In this document: piece after piece, positions 36,850 to 38,572 of the stretch
Layout: every line of letters begins with the position of its first letter
Position numbering within the stretch: position 1 is the first letter of the stretch
Program-made: the position numbers and the translations under genes
Notes under the pieces: model-generated
What the model was told of the DNA's origin: nothing
Databases searched by the model: none
Seen by the model: only the letters and a program-made list of their open reading frames with translations
DNA from: Geosiphon pyriformis uo1
Taxonomy: Eukaryota > Fungi > Glomeromycota
Reading direction: 5' to 3'
Assembly (NCBI GenBank): GCA_016748015.1
Contig: JAAOMT010000631.1
Location: 46,283 to 84,854 of the forward strand
Length of the DNA stretch: 38,572 nt

Positions 36850-38572
36850 ATGTCTGACCAAAGCGACTTAATTCAACAGTTCGTTAAGGTTGCCTCAGCT
36901 GATGAACAGCAAGCAATATTTTTCTTGGAGGCAAACAATTGGGACTTGAACGTAACTACTACTCGAGACTTTACGTTTGTAAAACTGAATTAGCACCCTT
37001 TTAATAATTTTTTCAGACCGCTTTAGGCCAGTTCTTTGAGAACCCCTCACTTACACAGCAAACTCCAGAACAAGAGCCAACCTCAGGCATATTTCAATCA
37101 AGTGAACCCTTTCAAAGGACAAGTTCGCGTCATTCAAGTTCCGGCAACCCTCCAAAACGAGTGCCACCCTCTTCTCGCTCAGCAAATCCTCAGAGGTAAA
37201 CAGTTAAATTAGGGTTTTAATCTGATTAAATCATTCTTTTTCTCTAAACAATCATTTACTCTCAGCGCTCGTGTAGCCACTTTGGGAGATTTAGAAAAAG
37301 AATTGCCTGATGACGAAGACGAGGAAGATGAACCCGAGAATTTATTCGCTGGGGGCGAGAAATCGTGAGGGCTAATATTGCATTTATTCCCAATAGATCT
37401 GATTGAACATTAACTTCCGTCAATATTGAATGCAAAGGGGGATTTTCATGCAGAATCCAAATGCAAAAGCCTCTAGTTCTTTGGTTGGTGATATTTTAAA
37501 AAAAGCCGCCGAGTAAGAAATTCACTCCACTCATACCATCATCGAGTATTTCAATATACATATTTTTTGAAATTTCCCCTCAATATCTTTTACCTCTAAA
37601 AGAGGAGGTCGAGGTCACCTTGAAGAACAAAATATTTCCGCACCCCCTTCACAACCCTTTTTTACTGGAACAGGTATCTATTTATTATTTTTAATTTTTT
37701 ACTAATTTTGATATTAAAACTTTCAATATATTAGGCTACACGCTTGGTAGTGAAGAAGAGCCCTCGATTGAGATCAGCAATACCCCGCCCCCCAGCTCGG
37801 AACCTTCCTTTGAGGAACCCGTTAGTTTTTCATTTATTAAACTATATTAAACTTAAAAGTCAGTGATACAATATTGATGAATTTTCTTGGTTTCTAAATT
37901 CTTAGGTTGTGCGTCATTTGACATTTTGGAGGGATGGATTTAGTATCGAAGATGGACCTTTGATGGCTTATAATGATTCCGCCAATGAAGACTTTTTGAA
38001 AGCTATTAATAGCGGGTATGCTGTGAAAAAGATTTGTATAGGATTTCTATCTACATGATTAATAGAATCTTTCATAACGGTTTTCTTACAGACGTGCTCC
38101 TTTGTCATTGCTGAATGTGAAGCAAGGACAACCTGTTGATATGAGGGTAGCTCGCAAATTAGACGAAGATTATAAACCTCCTCCAAAAAAGCCTTCAAAG
38201 CCATTCTCAGGATCAGGCCAGAGGCTTGGAAGGTTATAATAATTTTGGTCATTAATTGGGACTGGTTTCAAAGTTTTAACTCATTTTAATTTTCTCGTAA
38301 AATTCTCAAGTCCTGGAAATATAATTTCGAGCACAGCCACTGTTGTACCATCAACTTCTCAGCCCTCCTCTAGCGCAAACTCCTTAAGAGCTACACAACT
38401 AGAAATTGACGAATCATTGCCAATAGCATCAATTCAGATACGTATGGGCGACGGAACAAGGTAACCTTGGAATTATATTGAAATAACATAATAATTCCAG
38501 TTTTTTAACGTGTGAACTCACCTTGCAATCTATAGGATGTTGGCTAGATTTAATCATAATCATACCGTTGGG
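36850..38572 (+). CDS. SHP1: UBA-SEP-UBX Cdc48/p97 cofactor (Shp1/Ubx1/p47), partial, runs off the window
   Basis: Exons 36850-36951, 37017-37195, 37266-37364, 37438-37512, 37603-37673, 37735-37820, 37906-38015, 38092-38232, 38311-38460 and 38536-end. Motifs are [64 protein letters not shown] and [18 protein letters not shown]. Confidence 0.95.

Noticed and set aside
37674-37734. Possible U12 intron (GTATCT donor) in SHP1
   Set aside because: It lacks the GTATCCTT consensus and a U12 branch site, so it is treated as an ordinary U2 intron.

Overview
Eukaryotic, intron-rich fungal DNA. The gene families and AT-rich TE deserts resemble Glomeromycota or a related early-diverging lineage; this is an inference. 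There are three conserved genes: an unsplit 20-exon cytoplasmic dynein heavy chain (~4688 aa, minus strand, 14381-30268) that keeps the long C-terminal sequence, a class IV histone deacetylase (HDAC11-like, minus strand, 5' end unresolved), and a Shp1/Ubx1/p47 gene that runs off the right end. Accessory DNA includes two pseudogenes of an expanded putative nuclease-fold (REase/Crinkler-like) family and a truncated secreted-protein gene. An extremely AT-rich block (~3.1-12.9 kb) holds C>T/G>A-eroded retrotransposon relics, a decayed full-length Tc1/mariner and a 57-bp tandem array. A 147-bp hAT-type MITE lies further right. The most striking unexplained item is a 394-bp antisense insertion in the right-hand pseudogene, made of the 3' end of the 25S/28S rRNA gene plus downstream 3'ETS/spacer, with microhomology or TSD-like junctions. 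All splice sites and alignments were read by eye and no database searches were run.
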